Shown here piece by piece: positions 61,356-64,000 of a stretch of DNA of 64,000 nt (position 1 is its first letter; each line of letters starts with the position of its first letter). The stretch is taken from assembly GCA_963809485.1 (NCBI GenBank), contig CAWEJX010000008.1:1-64000 (forward strand). Direction: 5' to 3'. A program made the translations under genes and the position numbers. This stretch comes from an uncultured Acidobacteriota bacterium. Lineage in GTDB: Bacteria; Acidobacteriota; UBA6911. The notes under the pieces are model-generated. The model had not been told where the DNA came from, ran no database searches, and saw only the letters and a program-made list of their open reading frames with translations.

Positions 61356-62672
61356 ATGATCTCCAAAGGAACTGAAATTGCGCCTGCAACCGGAAAGCTG
61401 GGCGTCGTGCTTCCCGGGATGGGGGCCGTTAGCTCGACATTCATCGCGGGCGTGGAAGCGATAAAAAAAGGCCTTGCCAAACCCGTCGGCTCATTGACGC
61501 AGATGGGCACCATCCGCCTGGGAAAACGCACGGAAAACCGTGTTCCCAAAATCAAGGATTTCGTGCCTTTGGCTTCCCTGGATGACCTCGTCTTTGGAGG
61601 CTGGGACATTTTTTCCGACAACATCTATCAGGCGGGAGTCAAGGCAGGAGTGCTGGAGCGCAACCTGTTGGATCAAATCAGGCCGTCGCTGGAAAATATA
61701 AGCCCGTGGCCGGCCGTTTTTGACAAATCCTATGTGAGGCGGCTCGACGGGACACACGTCAAAAAGGGCGTCAACAAGATGGACCTGGCCGAACAGCTTC
61801 AGGCCGATATCAGGAATTTTCAAAAGCAGAACAACCTCAGCCGCACCGTCATGATCTGGTGCGGGAGCACGGAGGTATTTTTAAAGCCGGAGGCTGTCCA
61901 CCAATCGGTTGAGAGTTTCGAGCAGGGATTGGTCCATAACGATCCGGCCATCGCCCCCAGCATGATCTATGCTTATGCGGCCATTAAGGCGGGGATTGCC
62001 TACGCGAACGGAGCGCCCAACCTGTCGGCCGACATACCGGCGCTTGTCCGGCTGGCCAAGGACCGCAACATACCGATCGGCGGCAAGGACTTCAAGACAG
62101 GGCAGACGCTCATGAAGACTATCCTGGCCCCCGGGCTGAAATCCAGGCTTCTCGGCCTCAACGGATGGTTCTCCACCAATATACTCGGAAACCGGGACGG
62201 GGAGGTCCTGGACGATCCCGCCGCTTTCAAAACCAAAGAGGAGAGCAAGCTTTCGGTTCTAGAGCATATCCTGCAGCCCGAGGTTTACCCGGACCTTTAC
62301 TCCAACTACACCCACAAGGTCCGCATCAACTACTATCCGCCCCGGGGCGATAACAAAGAAGGCTGGGACAACATAGACATATTCGGCTGGCTGGGATACC
62401 CCATGCAGATCAAAGTCGATTTTCTCTGCAGGGATTCGATTCTGGCGGCTCCCCTGGTGCTGGATCTGGTCCTCTTCCTGGACCTCGCACAGCGCTGCAA
62501 GATGAGCGGCATTCAGGAATGGCTTTCGTTCTATTTCAAGAGCCCCATGTGCGCGCCCGAGCTTTATCCCGAACACGATCTGTTCATCCAGCTCATGAAG
62601 CTCAAGAACACTCTGCGGTACCTGCGGGGTGAAGATTTGATCACGCACCTGGGCCTGGAGTATTACGATTGA
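61356..62672 (+). CDS. ino1: myo-inositol-1-phosphate synthase
   Basis: WCGSTE, GKDFKTGQT, NILGNRDG, CRDSILAAP. Confidence 0.93.
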   Translation: MISKGTEIAPATGKLGVVLPGMGAVSSTFIAGVEAIKKGLAKPVGSLTQMGTIRLGKRTENRVPKIKDFVPLASLDDLVFGGWDIFSDNIYQAGVKAGVLERNLLDQIRPSLENISPWPAVFDKSYVRRLDGTHVKKGVNKMDLAEQLQADIRNFQKQNNLSRTVMIWCGSTEVFLKPEAVHQSVESFEQGLVHNDPAIAPSMIYAYAAIKAGIAYANGAPNLSADIPALVRLAKDRNIPIGGKDFKTGQTLMKTILAPGLKSRLLGLNGWFSTNILGNRDGEVLDDPAAFKTKEESKLSVLEHILQPEVYPDLYSNYTHKVRINYYPPRGDNKEGWDNIDIFGWLGYPMQIKVDFLCRDSILAAPLVLDLVLFLDLAQRCKMSGIQEWLSFYFKSPMCAPELYPEHDLFIQLMKLKNTLRYLRGEDLITHLGLEYYD

Positions 62673-62674
62673 TG

Positions 62675-62741
62675 ATTGACGCATTGGACGTTGGAACGTT
62701 GGAACGTTCACACGCTTAAACGTTCCAACGTTTCGTCAATT
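62675..62741. repeat. hairpin of GGAACGTT octamers between convergent genes, terminator-like
   Basis: ATTGACG..AACGTTGGAACGTT / AACGTTCCAACGTT..CGTCAAT. Confidence 0.6.
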
Positions 62742-62744
62742 TGA

Positions 62745-64000
62745 TCAGGCTGTGTGGGAAATGTTCTGAGCGGACCCCAGCGCCGCCTGCGCCGCAGCCA
62801 GCCGGGCGATAGGCACCCGGTAAGGCGAGCAGGAAACGTAGTTCATACCCACCCGGTGACAGAATTGCACGGAGGACGGCTCCCCTCCGTGTTCTCCGCA
62901 AATCCCGACTTTCAGGTCCGGCCTCGTTTTTCTGCCCCTCTCCGTGCCGAGCTGGACAAGCTGCCCGACTCCCGTCTGGTCCAGGATCTGGAATGGATCG
63001 TCGGCAAAAATGCGGTTTTCGATATAGAACGGCAGGAATTTTCCGGAATCGTCGCGTGAAATGCCGTAAGTGGTCTGCGTCAGATCATTAGTGCCGAAAG
63101 AGAAAAATTCCGCAACCTGAGCCACCTGGTCCGCGGTCAGGGCAGCCCGCGGCAGCTCAATCATGGTTCCGACCAGATAGTCGATCTTCTGTCCGGCCTT
63201 CCTAAAAACCTCATCCGCAACCCGGCGGACCACATCGGCCTGCAACTTGAGTTCGTTGACGTCGGCGACCAGAGGGATCATGACTTCGGGGATTACGCGA
63301 ATTCCTTTTTTCCGGACACTCACGGCAGCCTGGAAAATTGCGCGTGCCTGCATTTCCGTAATCTCCGGGAAAACGACACCCAGGCGGCATCCGCGGTGCC
63401 CCAGCATGGGATTGGCCTCGTGAAGGGACTGCACGCTATCCCAGAGGATGCGCGCGCTGACCTTCAGTTTTCGCGCCAGCTTCTGAGTTTCCTTTTCCGT
63501 ATGAGGCAGAAACTCGTGCAGAGGCGGGTCGAGCGTCCGGATCGTGACCGGCAGCCCGTTCATGGCACGGAAGATTCCCTCAAAATCCCTTCGCTGCAAT
63601 TTCAGGAGCCGATCCAGCCCGCCTTTGTAAAGCCGTTTGGGGACCTCGATTGTTTTTTTGAGGCGTTTGCGGGCCTCCTGGATTTCCTTGCGCTTTTTGG
63701 GCGAGCCGCCCCTGTTCAGTTCGGCTTCCAGGACATTCAGCTCCCGCTCCAGCTGCTTGTAGTCGAGCGACCCGAGAATCATCTCGCGCACGTAGTCGAT
63801 GCGGTCACCGGCAAAAAACATGTGCTCGGTCCGGCACAAACCGATGCCTTCCGCGCCAAACTTCCTTGCAACCGCCGCATCGGCGGGAGTATCGGCATTG
63901 GTACGCACCTTGAGCCTGCGCACTTCGTCGGCCCAATCCATCAACTGTCCGAAATCCTCTCCCAATTCGGGATCGATCAGCGGCGCCTGGCCGAGGATCA
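62745..64000 (-). CDS. ppdK: pyruvate, phosphate dikinase (C-terminal part; 5' end beyond the window)
   Basis: [38 protein letters not shown]. Confidence 0.96.
   Translation of the reverse strand, partial: ILGQAPLIDPELGEDFGQLMDWADEVRRLKVRTNADTPADAAVARKFGAEGIGLCRTEHMFFAGDRIDYVREMILGSLDYKQLERELNVLEAELNRGGSPKKRKEIQEARKRLKKTIEVPKRLYKGGLDRLLKLQRRDFEGIFRAMNGLPVTIRTLDPPLHEFLPHTEKETQKLARKLKVSARILWDSVQSLHEANPMLGHRGCRLGVVFPEITEMQARAIFQAAVSVRKKGIRVIPEVMIPLVADVNELKLQADVVRRVADEVFRKAGQKIDYLVGTMIELPRAALTADQVAQVAEFFSFGTNDLTQTTYGISRDDSGKFLPFYIENRIFADDPFQILDQTGVGQLVQLGTERGRKTRPDLKVGICGEHGGEPSSVQFCHRVGMNYVSCSPYRVPIARLAAAQAALGSAQNISHTA

Overview
64-kb window of a moderately GC-rich bacterial chromosome, probably Acidobacteriota (inferred from gene content such as Kgd-type sucA, bshA, [16 protein letters not shown], ino1, ppdK). 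Positions 1-3.5 kb are an accessory patch: the 3' end of a tRNA (probably Glu), a hicAB cassette bounded by an 11-bp direct repeat of that tRNA end, and a complete IS4-family element with 17-bp TIRs and a 10-bp target duplication. The rest is mostly core and redox metabolism: a flavodiiron-rubredoxin fusion, dehydrogenases and dehydratases, 2-oxoacid dehydrogenase genes, two partial sets of complex I (nuo) genes, a Fur-ferritin fusion, tRNA-Leu, holA, rpsT, phoH, ddl and glyQS. The most striking unexplained structure is a dense set of about 14 non-coding, hairpin-rich intergenic elements in two related subfamilies. They carry IS200/IS605-type subterminal hairpins, start at TAAT/TGAT (three times this is the upstream gene's stop codon) and, where the right end is intact, stop at TGAC or a close variant, yet no Y1 transposase is encoded in the window. 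The two full-length copies contain a ~45-bp core between 26-27-bp inverted repeats that lies in opposite orientation relative to the element in the two copies. Shorter copies are independent microhomology-bounded deletions. Three genes carry clustered frameshifts that look like assembly errors. All calls are by eye; no searches were run.
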